Part shown: positions 1 through 9,607 of the stretch, piece after piece
How the letters are laid out: each line of letters begins with the position of its first letter
Numbering within the stretch: the stretch's first letter is position 1
Assembly (NCBI GenBank): GCA_965248435.1
Contig: OZ252100.1
Span: 1,472,001-1,536,000 of the forward strand
DNA from: Candidatus Latescibacterota bacterium
Lineage (GTDB): Bacteria > Latescibacterota > UBA2968 > GCA-2709665
Direction: 5' to 3'
Length of the DNA: 64,000 bases
The notes under the pieces: model-generated
What the model saw: the letters and a program-made list of their open reading frames with translations, nothing else
Database searches by the model: none
Told to the model about the DNA's origin: nothing
Made by a program: the position numbers and the translations under genes

Positions 1-54
1 TTTCAGAATGGATCACAATCCTTTTCTCCTTGGCTTATTTCGAGTAGTGGCGAT

Positions 55-1494
55 TTAGAGTTCTCTTGATCGCCAGACTGTCATCTTCTCGATCTGCATG
101 TCGTGCATCGTGTATGGAATCCCTCCGATGGCGAGCCCGGATTGCTTGATTCCAGCAAACGGCATCCAATCCACCCTGAAGGCGGAATGATCGTTGACCA
201 TGACGGCCGAGGCATCCAGGCGCTCAGAGGCCCGCAGTGCCGTGTCGATATCACGAGTACAAACAGCGGCTTGAAAGGCGTAGGGAATGGAGTTGGCTTG
301 CGCGATCGCCTGATCGATGTCGCTGTATCCATATACACAGATCGCCGGCCCGAATATCTCCAATTGACTGACCTTGACATCGACCGGTGGATCGAGCAGG
401 ACCGTGCATTCATAGCAGGTGTCAGATATTCTATTGCCGCCGGTGATCAAGTTGGCTCCAGCGTCACCTGCTTGGTCCACCCACTCCTCTACCCGATTTA
501 CCTCTGCCGGCCGGATGAGCGGCCCTACCTCGGTCTCTCCGAGCGTCGGATCCCCGATCTTGAGCCCTTCTGCAGCATCGGCCAGGCGGTCGACAAACTC
601 TTTTGCGACGGTTTCATGGACAAAGACCCTCTGCACGGAGACACAAACCTGACCGGCGTGATAGAAACCGCCTTTAGTCAACAATGGCAAGACATCATCC
701 AAATCCGCATCCGCTGCCACGATGACCGGCGCGGCGCCTCCGTGTTCGAGCGCGCATCGGGTTCCCGGCGCCAATTTGGAACGGAGCATCCACCCGACCC
801 GCGCGCTCCCGATAAAGGAGAAAAAACCGACCCTGGGATCGGTAACGAGCTGCGCGGCAACATCCAGGTCTTTTACGACCAGTGCCTGGCACCACTCCTC
901 GGGCAGTCCGGCCTCTCGCAGGATATTCACGAACCGAAAACAGGATAGGGGTGTGTCCTGTGCGGGCTTTACGATGACCGGGCATCCCGTCGCGACGGCC
1001 GGGCCGACCTGATGTACGATCAAATTCAGGGGGTGATTGAACGCGCTGACCGCGACGACGACACCGATCGGCTGTTTGTGCGTGAATGCGATTCGGCCGG
1101 CCGAGGCGGGGTTCAGATTCATGGGAATTTCCCTGCCCCCCTCGGTACGCAGCACCTCTATGCAGTTCTTGACACCGTCGATCGCGCGCGCGACTTCCAC
1201 CTTCGAGTCGACCAGGGGTTTACCCCCTTCGCGTGCTGCTTCGACGGCCAATTCTTCTGCCCGCTGCTCCATAATCGCGGCTGCTTTGCCGAGTATTTCG
1301 ATGCGCTGATAAGGTTTCAGCCAGGCGTCTCGATCCCGAAACAGGCGGCTTGCTGTTTCGAGTGCCTTGTCAACCGCCTTGCTGTCTGCGGCTGTCGCCG
1401 TGGCGATCAAAGCGCGGTCGAAAGGTGCGAACACATCAAGCTCGCCATCGTTCGTGGCCGCTCCGGGAATCATCAGTGGAATTTTTTGAGACAT
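55..1494 (-). CDS. NAD(P)-dependent aldehyde dehydrogenase
   Basis: 479 aa; ALDH motifs FNHPLNL, KPAQDTP, FIGS..VG, catalytic LEHGG and GQVCVS, EIFGP. Confidence 0.95.
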   Translation of the reverse strand: MSQKIPLMIPGAATNDGELDVFAPFDRALIATATAADSKAVDKALETASRLFRDRDAWLKPYQRIEILGKAAAIMEQRAEELAVEAAREGGKPLVDSKVEVARAIDGVKNCIEVLRTEGGREIPMNLNPASAGRIAFTHKQPIGVVVAVSAFNHPLNLIVHQVGPAVATGCPVIVKPAQDTPLSCFRFVNILREAGLPEEWCQALVVKDLDVAAQLVTDPRVGFFSFIGSARVGWMLRSKLAPGTRCALEHGGAAPVIVAADADLDDVLPLLTKGGFYHAGQVCVSVQRVFVHETVAKEFVDRLADAAEGLKIGDPTLGETEVGPLIRPAEVNRVEEWVDQAGDAGANLITGGNRISDTCYECTVLLDPPVDVKVSQLEIFGPAICVYGYSDIDQAIAQANSIPYAFQAAVCTRDIDTALRASERLDASAVMVNDHSAFRVDWMPFAGIKQSGLAIGGIPYTMHDMQIEKMTVWRSREL

Positions 1495-1514
1495 TCTCTC
1501 TCCACTCCGTTAGA

Positions 1515-1635
1515 TCTCGTATCTCGTATCGGGAAACTCGTATCTCGGGGTGCTTCTCCAGGGCGAGTTCCATCGCCAAGTAGATCCCACGAGATACGTT
1601 TCACGAGATACGAGATACGCTGTCTTTGAGATACG
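1515..1635. repeat. Heptamer-periodic inverted repeat (TATCTCG)n ... (CGAGATA)n
   Basis: tctcgtatctcgtatcgggaaactcgtatctcg followed by cgagatacgtttcacgagatacgagatacg...gagatacg; related half-arrays at 3296-3321 and 33963-33984. Confidence 0.8.
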
Positions 1636-1638
1636 GAT

Positions 1639-3279
1639 TCAGACCAGTTTGCTTTTCTCCTTAATCTCGCGGTTCAGGATTCTGTCATTATCGACATAGT
1701 CTACCGGGCAGTCGATCAAGTGAACGCCCGGGGTGTTGAAGCATTCTTCCATCATTGGACGTAAATGGTCCGCACTCTCTACACGGTGGCCGTATGCGCC
1801 ATAGCTATCCGCATACTTGACAAAATCGGGATTGTTGTAATCCAGTCCAAACTCGGGAAAATTCATGTTGGCCTGCTTCCATTTGATCATGCCATATGCG
1901 CTGTCATTCAGGACCAGTACCACAAGGTTCATTCTGAGCCGCACGGCGGTTTCAAGCTCCTGGGAATTCATCATGAATCCACCATCTCCACAGATCGCCA
2001 TAATCCTGCGTTCGGGACAGACCAGGCAGGCCGCCATGGCCGATGGCAATCCAGCGCCCATCGATGCCAGGGCGTTGTCCAGTAACACGGTGTTCGACTG
2101 ATGAGCCTTGTAGTTTCTGGCGAACCAGATTTTGTAGACCCCGTTGTCCAATGCGATGATCCCATCCGATGGCATAACTTTTCGCACATCCGCGACCAGG
2201 CGCTGCGGATAGATCGGGAAACGGTCGTCGTCCGCACCTTCCAGAAGATGCGACTCTACCGCCGCCTTAACCTTCATGAAGTAAGAGAAATCCCAGCAAT
2301 CTTGCACTTGAATGCGTTCTTTGATCTGCCAGATGCTGTTCGCGATGTCCCCGACGACCTCCACCTGGGGGAAGTAGACAGGGTCCACCTCGGCAGAGAA
2401 GAAGTTGATGTGAATGACCTTGAAGCCGTCCAGCTTCATGAAAAAGGGCGGCTTTTCGACGACATCGTGGCCAACGTTGATGATGAGGTCGGCCCTTTTT
2501 ATTGCGCGATGCAGGAAGTCATTGTCAGACAGCGCTGCATTTCCCAGGAAGAGCGGGTCGCGTTCGTCCACGACGCCTTTTCCCATCTGAGAGCTGATGA
2601 AGGGAATACCGGTCTTATCGATGAACGCCCTCAGCATTTTCGACGTCAGTTTTCTGTTCGCTCCCGCGCCGATCAACAAAAGCGGATGGTTTGCCTCTTC
2701 GATCATCTCGGTTGCCCATCGGACAGATTTTTCCTCGGCGATCGATCGACGGTTCCGGGACTGTGGGATCACTTCCTCGTCCGTGCCCTCGGCGGCGATA
2801 TCCTCAGGCAGCTCCAAATGTGCGGCCCCCGGCCGCTCGATCTGCGCGGTGCGGAACGCCTCGCGAATTCGTGATGGGATACTGTCTCCGCTCGCGATCT
2901 GTTTGGTGTATTTGGTCAGGGGCCTCATCATGTCTACGATATCGACGATCTGGAATTGGCCCTGCTTACTCGTCTTGATCGGCTTCTGGCCGGTGATCAT
3001 CACCATGGGCATCGCTCCGAGTTGTGCGTAGGCGGCGGCGGTTACGAAATTGGTCGCGCCCGGCCCCAGGGTGGAAAGGCAGACCCCGGCCTTGCCTGTC
3101 AGTCTCCCATAGGTTGCCGCCATGAATCCGGCTGCCTGCTCGTGCCGTGTCAGGATCAGCTTTATGCTGGAGCCCCTTAACGAGTTCAGGAGATCCAGGT
3201 TTTCTTCGCCGGGGATGCCGAAAATAAACTCCACTCCCTCAGCTTCAAGTGCATCTACGAACAGGTCAGAAGCCTTCAT
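1639..3279 (-). CDS. Thiamine pyrophosphate-dependent enzyme, acetolactate synthase large-subunit-like (possible 2-oxoacid decarboxylase)
   Basis: 546 aa; FGIPGEEN, TRHEQAAGFMA, LGPGATN, TPP-binding GDGGFMMN...LND motif. Confidence 0.92.
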   Translation of the reverse strand: MKASDLFVDALEAEGVEFIFGIPGEENLDLLNSLRGSSIKLILTRHEQAAGFMAATYGRLTGKAGVCLSTLGPGATNFVTAAAYAQLGAMPMVMITGQKPIKTSKQGQFQIVDIVDMMRPLTKYTKQIASGDSIPSRIREAFRTAQIERPGAAHLELPEDIAAEGTDEEVIPQSRNRRSIAEEKSVRWATEMIEEANHPLLLIGAGANRKLTSKMLRAFIDKTGIPFISSQMGKGVVDERDPLFLGNAALSDNDFLHRAIKRADLIINVGHDVVEKPPFFMKLDGFKVIHINFFSAEVDPVYFPQVEVVGDIANSIWQIKERIQVQDCWDFSYFMKVKAAVESHLLEGADDDRFPIYPQRLVADVRKVMPSDGIIALDNGVYKIWFARNYKAHQSNTVLLDNALASMGAGLPSAMAACLVCPERRIMAICGDGGFMMNSQELETAVRLRMNLVVLVLNDSAYGMIKWKQANMNFPEFGLDYNNPDFVKYADSYGAYGHRVESADHLRPMMEECFNTPGVHLIDCPVDYVDNDRILNREIKEKSKLV

Positions 3280-3374
3280 GAAATCTCCCCTCTTGATCGT
3301 ATCTCGTATTTAGTATCTCGCACCGCGGCGTGACGACCTTATGCGGCACATTTCGCGAGTTTCACTGCCGCCAG

Positions 3375-4082
3375 TTAGGTCCCTACGAGCTCGATGAGCT
3401 CCGTGAGCAAGCTGACCTCAACGTCGGGAACAATATCTGTTCTGTTTGGAGCCCTCTCCCGATTCAGCCAGACTGAGCGCACGCCCGCCCTGCCTGCACC
3501 CTTCACATCATCTTCCAGCGAATCCCCCACGTGCAGGAGGGAGCTGGGATCGCACTCAGCCTGTTCGACCGCAATGTGAAACAGTCTCGGATCCGGTTTT
3601 GCGAATCCGTGGTCTGGCGCGAACACCGCGAACTGGAACTTCCCTTCAAGTCCACATTTCTCCGGATAGCTGTTCCCGTTGGAAAGGATGCCCAGGACAA
3701 ACTCTCCCTCGAGCGTGTCCAGCGTCTCCAGGACGTCGTCATACAGCTCAATATCTTCAAACCTGTGGCTGAAGTAAACATCGTTCAGGCGCCGTGCGAG
3801 TGCATCATCGTGCAGGCCGACCCTGGCGATCGTCTCCCGGAATGCCTCGAGCCGTACTTCCTCGAGATCCACGACCTTTCCCTTCAGCTTCTCGGCAACT
3901 TCCTCGCGAATTCCGATCATCGCGTCGATCGTGAGCTTGCCCTCAGTTTCCGGTCTGACCGTCGTGAGTTCATCCATCGAGCATTTCAGAGAGTGCCTCA
4001 TGACTTTCTGGAATTCCCATAATGTATCGTCCGCGTCGAACGATATGGCTCGGATGTTCTGGAACCTGGTCATGAAACGCAC
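3375..4082 (-). CDS. HAD-superfamily hydrolase
   Basis: FDADDTL motif I, SNG motif II, KPDP and HVGDSLEDDV motifs III/IV. Confidence 0.92.
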   Translation of the reverse strand: MRFMTRFQNIRAISFDADDTLWEFQKVMRHSLKCSMDELTTVRPETEGKLTIDAMIGIREEVAEKLKGKVVDLEEVRLEAFRETIARVGLHDDALARRLNDVYFSHRFEDIELYDDVLETLDTLEGEFVLGILSNGNSYPEKCGLEGKFQFAVFAPDHGFAKPDPRLFHIAVEQAECDPSSLLHVGDSLEDDVKGAGRAGVRSVWLNRERAPNRTDIVPDVEVSLLTELIELVGT

Positions 4083-4109
4083 CGCTCCGGACGTATAACT
4101 GAGGTCGAA

Positions 4110-4571
4110 TCAGACATCACAGATCATTCGAAGAAATTCAAATTCCCCGCCGTTCGTTTTGTTGAGGAATATCTCTCCTCTCTCGAATCCGGCCTTCAGA
4201 TACACCCTGATCGCTCGCTGATTGAATGTGGCTACGGCCAATGAGAATCGATCCGGGTGAAACCTCGATACGCCGTATTCCATTCCAGCCTTGACGAATT
4301 CAAGCCCCATCCCTTTGCCCGTGAGGTCTGGTCGCAGTCCGAGTCCGATGTCCAGAGTCTCTCCCCTCATTTTGAAGCTGAAGAATCCGATAAGGTCTCC
4401 TTCATCGTCGTGGATCGTATACCTACGATCCGGCCAATTCTCGGGGTCCAGGAATTCTTCGAGATCTTCAGCATCCTGATCCGTGTCGTAGAAGGTATAG
4501 GGTTCCTCATAGTGCCAGGCGACGATTGTTTCAGCGCCTTTTTGGTCCATCTGCTTGAACCTGAATTGCAT
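4110..4571 (-). CDS. GNAT family N-acetyltransferase
   Basis: LRPDLTGKGMG acetyl-CoA loop; FNQRAIRVYLKAGF. Confidence 0.92.
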   Translation of the reverse strand: MQFRFKQMDQKGAETIVAWHYEEPYTFYDTDQDAEDLEEFLDPENWPDRRYTIHDDEGDLIGFFSFKMRGETLDIGLGLRPDLTGKGMGLEFVKAGMEYGVSRFHPDRFSLAVATFNQRAIRVYLKAGFERGEIFLNKTNGGEFEFLRMICDV

Positions 4572-4699
4572 TCCTCACCCGGTGGACATTCTATTAATGT
4601 AAAGGGAGTACACCGCCTCCGGCGGGCGTGACCCGGAGTCCTCTCAGGAAAGTTCCTGTTCAGGGGTGGGTCCTGTTCGAACAACTGAAATCACGAAAT

Positions 4700-4750
4700 A
4701 ACCCACCCCGGCCCGGCTTTGGCCGGGCCACCCCTCCCAGGAGGGGATTC
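4700..4750. repeat. REP-like palindromic element (ACCCACCCC...CCCCTCCCAGGAGGGGA family)
   Basis: cccaccccggcccggctttggccgggccacccctcccaggaggggattc has two hairpins; related fragments at 39557-39580 and 40393-40477. Confidence 0.55.
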
Positions 4751-4771
4751 TGGTGCCCATTTTGGCATGGG

Positions 4772-5386
4772 CTAGTGAATTGGGTTCGGAATCTCTTCCT
4801 GCTTCCACGGCAGCGCCTTCTTTTCGACAGCTTTTCGAACAGTATGTAGCCAAACTGGCCAGAACCAATCTGTCTTGCACCCCGGCGGAAGGAATTTCTT
4901 GTCAACGGGATACTTCATTTCGCCGTTCACATCGCTTTGGAGGTAGCCCTCAACCTGGGAGAAAGGAATCCACGCATACGGCCCACTCTCGGCGTAGGCC
5001 GCATCCACAGCGGGGGGTTGGAGATTGCTGAGCAGCTGCGCTGGAACAAAGTCGATCTCGGCAAAAAAAAGCGCGAACCTGTTGTCCATCAAGGCCTCCT
5101 GCTCCGCGATTTTCTTCATCAAATCTGCGCGTGCAAAATAACCTCGTGTTTCTTCCTCGGTTTCTCGGGCCGCGGTTTCGGCAAGGCTCTCTCCTTCCTT
5201 CGCTCCGCCGCCAAAGCCCGCCCATCCTCGAATCTTTTTATGATCTTCGGCGAGAAGCAGATAGACCTCATCTCCTGATTCGAAATAGAGGAGTGCACCA
5301 GCGGGGTTCTGCGCGAGCGCGGGACCGCAAATCGCCAGCAGAAGGACGAAAGCAAAGGACAGCCGTATTTTCACTCGGGTCGCCAA
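4772..5386 (-). CDS. Nudix hydrolase with predicted N-terminal signal peptide
   Basis: Nudix box GGGAKEGESLAETAARETEEETRG; N-terminus RVKIRLSFAFVLLLAICGPALA-Q (TTG start). Confidence 0.8.
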   Translation of the reverse strand: MATRVKIRLSFAFVLLLAICGPALAQNPAGALLYFESGDEVYLLLAEDHKKIRGWAGFGGGAKEGESLAETAARETEEETRGYFARADLMKKIAEQEALMDNRFALFFAEIDFVPAQLLSNLQPPAVDAAYAESGPYAWIPFSQVEGYLQSDVNGEMKYPVDKKFLPPGCKTDWFWPVWLHTVRKAVEKKALPWKQEEIPNPIH

Positions 5387-5405
5387 TTATCAAACAGCTC
5401 CAGGA

Positions 5406-5804
5406 CTACTCCCAAAAATCAGATCCGATCTCTATCAAATTTCCTTCCGGATCCGATATCATTGAAGATCGCATCTTCCACGGTTCGTCTCTGGGTGGGT
5501 ATATCGGGTTTGCGCCGCCTTCAACCATCTCTTTAAACGTGATGTCCACCTGCTCCGGAGCACCGACATTTATCGCCAATTCGAAGGTCCCATTGATGCC
5601 GTCCGGGAAGGACGGGTCCTGTCCGAGGAGCCCCGGCAGTTGCTTCCTTTCAAACATCGAAAGCCTGATCCCATCGTGCTTGAACTCGGCATACGGTCCC
5701 TTCCCATCCCAATCGGTGTCTACCCCAACGACGTTCTTGTAGAAATCCACCATCGTCGTAAGGTCTTTGACAAAGATGCCGAGCATATTGAATTTTCTGT
5801 TCAT
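5406..5804 (-). CDS. VOC/glyoxalase family protein
   Basis: VKDL...FY, PRDEPWKMRS...DPEGNLIEI; start chosen at ATG after GGAGAG. Confidence 0.9.
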   Translation of the reverse strand: MNRKFNMLGIFVKDLTTMVDFYKNVVGVDTDWDGKGPYAEFKHDGIRLSMFERKQLPGLLGQDPSFPDGINGTFELAINVGAPEQVDITFKEMVEGGANPIYPPRDEPWKMRSSMISDPEGNLIEIGSDFWE

Positions 5805-5832
5805 TGCTCTCTCCAATTTCCGCACTGTAGAT

Positions 5833-6306
5833 TTACGATGTCCGTTTTTTCACCAGTCGGACAAATATCATGAAGTGCGTAACCAGGAGTAGTGGCACTA
5901 CCATAGTCGGGATGTACCAGGCTGCTCCAAAGTTGGGCGCCACGTCGACATGGCGTAATGCATTGAGCAGATCTACCGTGCCGACGACGTTGAACACCCA
6001 GACCAAAATCAGGGCGCCGGCCCAATTTGTCCGCAACGCGATGAGCGCCAACAACGCAAGGACACCCGCCGCTAAATCTCCATAGGCCGCGGGAACTGCG
6101 AAATCGTCCGGCAGCGGCTGTGCCAGGACGCCAGGGACGAGGAATACCATGCCAACGTGGCGAAATGCGTGTGGGACGGCGAGCCAGAAGAGTGCTGTGC
6201 GTTGCGGCTGCTTATCCAACCAGGGAGTTAACGTCCACTTTGCCAGCAGGCCGATCACAAGCAGACTGAGTAGAAACTGCAGTCCGAAAATGGCTTGTAC
6301 GTCCAT
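5833..6306 (-). CDS. Hypothetical integral membrane protein
   Basis: 157 aa with about 5 hydrophobic segments; AGGAGG RBS upstream; AYGDL motif. Confidence 0.75.
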   Translation of the reverse strand: MDVQAIFGLQFLLSLLVIGLLAKWTLTPWLDKQPQRTALFWLAVPHAFRHVGMVFLVPGVLAQPLPDDFAVPAAYGDLAAGVLALLALIALRTNWAGALILVWVFNVVGTVDLLNALRHVDVAPNFGAAWYIPTMVVPLLLVTHFMIFVRLVKKRTS

Positions 6307-6338
6307 TGGATTACCTCCTTTTGATCCCTCGTTTCAGG

Positions 6339-7085
6339 TCAAGCATCTCGTCTCATCAGACTGTAGCTCTGTGCCGTGGGGCCCACGGCAGGCTGTGTTG
6401 CCAGAAACAAGGCCATGGGGACGACGTCATCGGGTGACTTGATCCATTCACTTTCGATTTCGAAAATGGACCCTCCCGCACCCTCGTTTCTCGTCATGCT
6501 CGTTTCTACAGGACCCGGGATGAGCTCGTTTACACTGATGTTGTGCTGCCAGAGCTCCTGCGCCAGCGTTCGTGTCAGCATCCAGAGGCCGGCCTTTGAG
6601 CAGCAGTATGCCGAGCTCTCGGCATATCCCTTGTGACCCATCCCGGAGCCGACGGTAATGATCTTGCCGCTGCCGCGTCTTTTCAGTGCTGGAATCGCCG
6701 CTTTTGCGCAATAGTATGCCCCGAACAGATTCGTGTGTAACGTGGCCTCCCACACGGCCGGGTCGCTTTCTTCCACGGATTTCCGGTCCAGGTTCGCCCC
6801 GGCGTTCAGAACGACAATGTCGATCCCCTCGAGTTCCGAATCCGCGAAATCGAACAGCTCCTCTACCGCTTCCCACTCCGCCACGTCTGTCTGAAATGAG
6901 ATCGCGGTCCCACCTTCCTCCCGGATCTCCGCCACAATTCCTTCGAGATCGGACTTGGTGCGGGCCGCACAGCAGACGGACGCGCCCGCTCGAGCAAAAC
7001 CTGCGGCGATAGATCGACCGATGCCTCGTCCCGCCCCGGTGATGACGGCCCCTTTTCCGGCAAGCGTGTTACTATCTGATACCAT
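6339..7085 (-). CDS. SDR family oxidoreductase
   Basis: TGAGRGIG, LNAG, YCCSK catalytic motif. Confidence 0.93.
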   Translation of the reverse strand: MVSDSNTLAGKGAVITGAGRGIGRSIAAGFARAGASVCCAARTKSDLEGIVAEIREEGGTAISFQTDVAEWEAVEELFDFADSELEGIDIVVLNAGANLDRKSVEESDPAVWEATLHTNLFGAYYCAKAAIPALKRRGSGKIITVGSGMGHKGYAESSAYCCSKAGLWMLTRTLAQELWQHNISVNELIPGPVETSMTRNEGAGGSIFEIESEWIKSPDDVVPMALFLATQPAVGPTAQSYSLMRRDA

Positions 7086-7125
7086 AACTTGCCTCCGTAA
7101 AGATCCTTACGTCGTCAACCAACTG

Positions 7126-7758
7126 CTACCTGGTCGCGGCCAGAAGAACCGCGTCCATTTCCATTCCCTCGACTGCTTCCACAGAGCGCCTGTCAACGCT
7201 GAATCCCACCGCACGCGCGGCGTTAGCGACCTGGTCCGAACGATATCTCATCGCGACAACATCTGCCTCTTCGCCATAGTCGACGGGTCCCTCGCCTTCC
7301 CAGGTCGACGCGAGAAGCTGCCCGCCGGCTTTCAGCACGCGGTACCACTCACTAAGACAGGCACCCATGCCTTCCAGATCGACGTGGTGGAGTGCGAAGT
7401 AACTCAGAACAGCTGCGCACGAACCATCCTGCACGTGGTCAAGCTTTCCCATATCGCCCTCGGTTATGTCGGCAGAATCACCTAACCGTTGCCGAGAAGT
7501 AGCTACCATTCTCCGTGAGAGATCGACACCGAGGAGTTGCCGTCCCGAAACGTATCTTTCTCTGAGCCGCTCCAGCATGTGTCCGGATCCACACGAGGAG
7601 TCCAGAACGGGGCCATCGAGATCTGCAATTCGTTCTGCCAGGCCACCGAGCGCCTCAGCATACATAGGGAGGTCGATTTCATCATCCATCATCGTGCTGT
7701 ACGAGTCGGCGATCTCCTCGTAGAACTTGGTGACCTCCTCGATGGATGAGATCTTCAT
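7126..7758 (-). CDS. Class I SAM-dependent methyltransferase
   Basis: VLDSSCGSG motif I, GVDLS, RVLKAGG; start moved to MKISS. Confidence 0.88.
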   Translation of the reverse strand: MKISSIEEVTKFYEEIADSYSTMMDDEIDLPMYAEALGGLAERIADLDGPVLDSSCGSGHMLERLRERYVSGRQLLGVDLSRRMVATSRQRLGDSADITEGDMGKLDHVQDGSCAAVLSYFALHHVDLEGMGACLSEWYRVLKAGGQLLASTWEGEGPVDYGEEADVVAMRYRSDQVANAARAVGFSVDRRSVEAVEGMEMDAVLLAATR

Positions 7759-7840
7759 CGTCTCCAACCCATCAGAGTACGAATGAGATCGAGAGGGCAA
7801 GCCCACCTCGACGGGTAAAGGATCCGAAACGCTTTGTCAT

Positions 7841-8812
7841 CTAATCAACACGGACAACCAGCTTTCCCCTGGCCTGATTCGATTCCATGTACTCGTGAGC
7901 TTCCACGACCTCGTCGAATCCAAACACCCGGTCGATGTTCACTTCCGCTTTTCCTTCCTCGAGTTCCGTCAAGAATCCCTGAAAGGCTTCTTGGTCCATA
8001 TCCTCAGCTCCTCCCGTGTAAACCGTGAGCCGCACCGTGTGTGGTATCTCGTCCATGGGTGCGAAGCGCTCGAACTGCCAACTGTTTCCGAGGATACCGG
8101 TCATACACACCACCCCTCTTTCCCTGCAAGCACGCATCGAGTCCTTCAGCGTCTTTGTTCCGACGAGTTCAAGGACGAAGTCGACCCCTTCCGGAAAACG
8201 GGTCCGAACCGCTTGCGCGATACTGCCGTCATCTATGAAGACCTCGTCTACGCCATTCTCCCGCAAGACTGGCTCTTTGTCCGGGTTTCGCGTCGTGGCG
8301 TAAACCTGCATGTCCTTTGACTTGGCGAGTCGTGTTGCCATCATCCCGATAGATGACGTCCCTCCCCGAATCAGTAATGTTCGCCCTGGAATGACGTCGA
8401 GGCCGTGTCGCAACGAACCCCACGTGGTCTGGAACATCTCCGGCAAGGCACCCAGGACGTGCCACTCCAGCCGGGTGTCCACAGGGAAGACCGACGAAGC
8501 CGGAACGCTGGTAATTTCTGCGTAGGATCCATCGAAATCACGCCCCATCCCCTCCATGAGAGCCACGACCTTCTGTCCAGTTTGCAGGTCAGTGCCGGGT
8601 GCTTCGACCACGAGCCCGGCACACTCGATTCCCAAAACTCTTGGAAATTTTACAGAGGGCGAGTGTCCCTGCCTTGTGAACATCTCCGACCGGTTCAGCC
8701 CGAATGCCTTTATTTCGATTACCACCCGCCCACGCTCTGCAATTGGCTCTGGGTGCTCCGTAAATTCCAGTACCTGGGGCGAACCCGCACTGCGGACCAC
8801 GTATGCCCTCAT
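7841..8812 (-). CDS. MDR-family NADPH:quinone oxidoreductase-like (zinc-binding ADH fold)
   Basis: GIECAG, GSYAE, RGGTSSIG, C-terminal AHEYMESNQARGKLVV. Confidence 0.93.
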   Translation of the reverse strand: MRAYVVRSAGSPQVLEFTEHPEPIAERGRVVIEIKAFGLNRSEMFTRQGHSPSVKFPRVLGIECAGLVVEAPGTDLQTGQKVVALMEGMGRDFDGSYAEITSVPASSVFPVDTRLEWHVLGALPEMFQTTWGSLRHGLDVIPGRTLLIRGGTSSIGMMATRLAKSKDMQVYATTRNPDKEPVLRENGVDEVFIDDGSIAQAVRTRFPEGVDFVLELVGTKTLKDSMRACRERGVVCMTGILGNSWQFERFAPMDEIPHTVRLTVYTGGAEDMDQEAFQGFLTELEEGKAEVNIDRVFGFDEVVEAHEYMESNQARGKLVVRVD

Positions 8813-8961
8813 GAGTTCTCCTGGCCAAGCTACCTATTGATCAAGGCAACATCATTTGTTTTCTGCAGCATCCCTTATCGGGAAAGGGGCGTGTTTCAGA
8901 AAAAAGAAACGGAAGGATTCCTCCTCCCGCAAACCCAATCCCAGACCATTTTCTTGTTCCG

Positions 8962-9582
8962 CTAACGTTTCGCAGCGAGCTGTTGGAATGCCGAAGGTGG
9001 CGGGCCATCTTCGAGGCGACGTCTGATCAGCTGAGCACACTCTTCGGGGTTGAGCAATGAGGTGTCGACTTCCACGTCGTAGATCCCGGGATTGTGTACT
9101 TCACGTTGCCACAGCTGAACCGGATCCGGCACAGGGTCGTCCGCTGAGCCTTCCGCGCCCCACGTGTCTCGTCGCCGCTCCATGATGACGTCGATGGGGC
9201 AGCGAACGCCGACGAACAGGACCGGTAAGCCGTTAAGACGCCGGGCGCTCCCGGTGAGGATCCCCCGGGGGGTAACGTAGCCGTCGTGGTGTCCGACATC
9301 GACGACGACGTTCAGGCCCATCCGGCTGTGGGCAGCGATAGATTCGTACATGGCCGCGTAGTGCGCGACGATGAAAGACTCGAGGTCGGGGTAGTCGGCC
9401 CCAGGCCGCAGCCCGATTCCCGGCTGGTAGCGTTCGGGGGTCATCGCCTTGAACCGGTCCACCCCCAGGTTCATCCACGGGCCCTCGAAAGTCTCCTGAA
9501 TCGCCGAGGCAATGCTGGACTTGCCCGACCGTGGGACCCCGTTCAGGATGATGATCTGCCCTGCTTCATTCGCTGGCGCCAT
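8962..9582 (-). CDS. Chloramphenicol phosphotransferase (CPT)-like P-loop kinase
   Basis: IIILNGVPRSGKSSIA Walker A; LNVVVD; YDVEVDTS. Confidence 0.88.
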   Translation of the reverse strand: MAPANEAGQIIILNGVPRSGKSSIASAIQETFEGPWMNLGVDRFKAMTPERYQPGIGLRPGADYPDLESFIVAHYAAMYESIAAHSRMGLNVVVDVGHHDGYVTPRGILTGSARRLNGLPVLFVGVRCPIDVIMERRRDTWGAEGSADDPVPDPVQLWQREVHNPGIYDVEVDTSLLNPEECAQLIRRRLEDGPPPSAFQQLAAKR

Positions 9583-9607
9583 TCGAACGCCTCTTTTCCA
9601 GCGGGTG

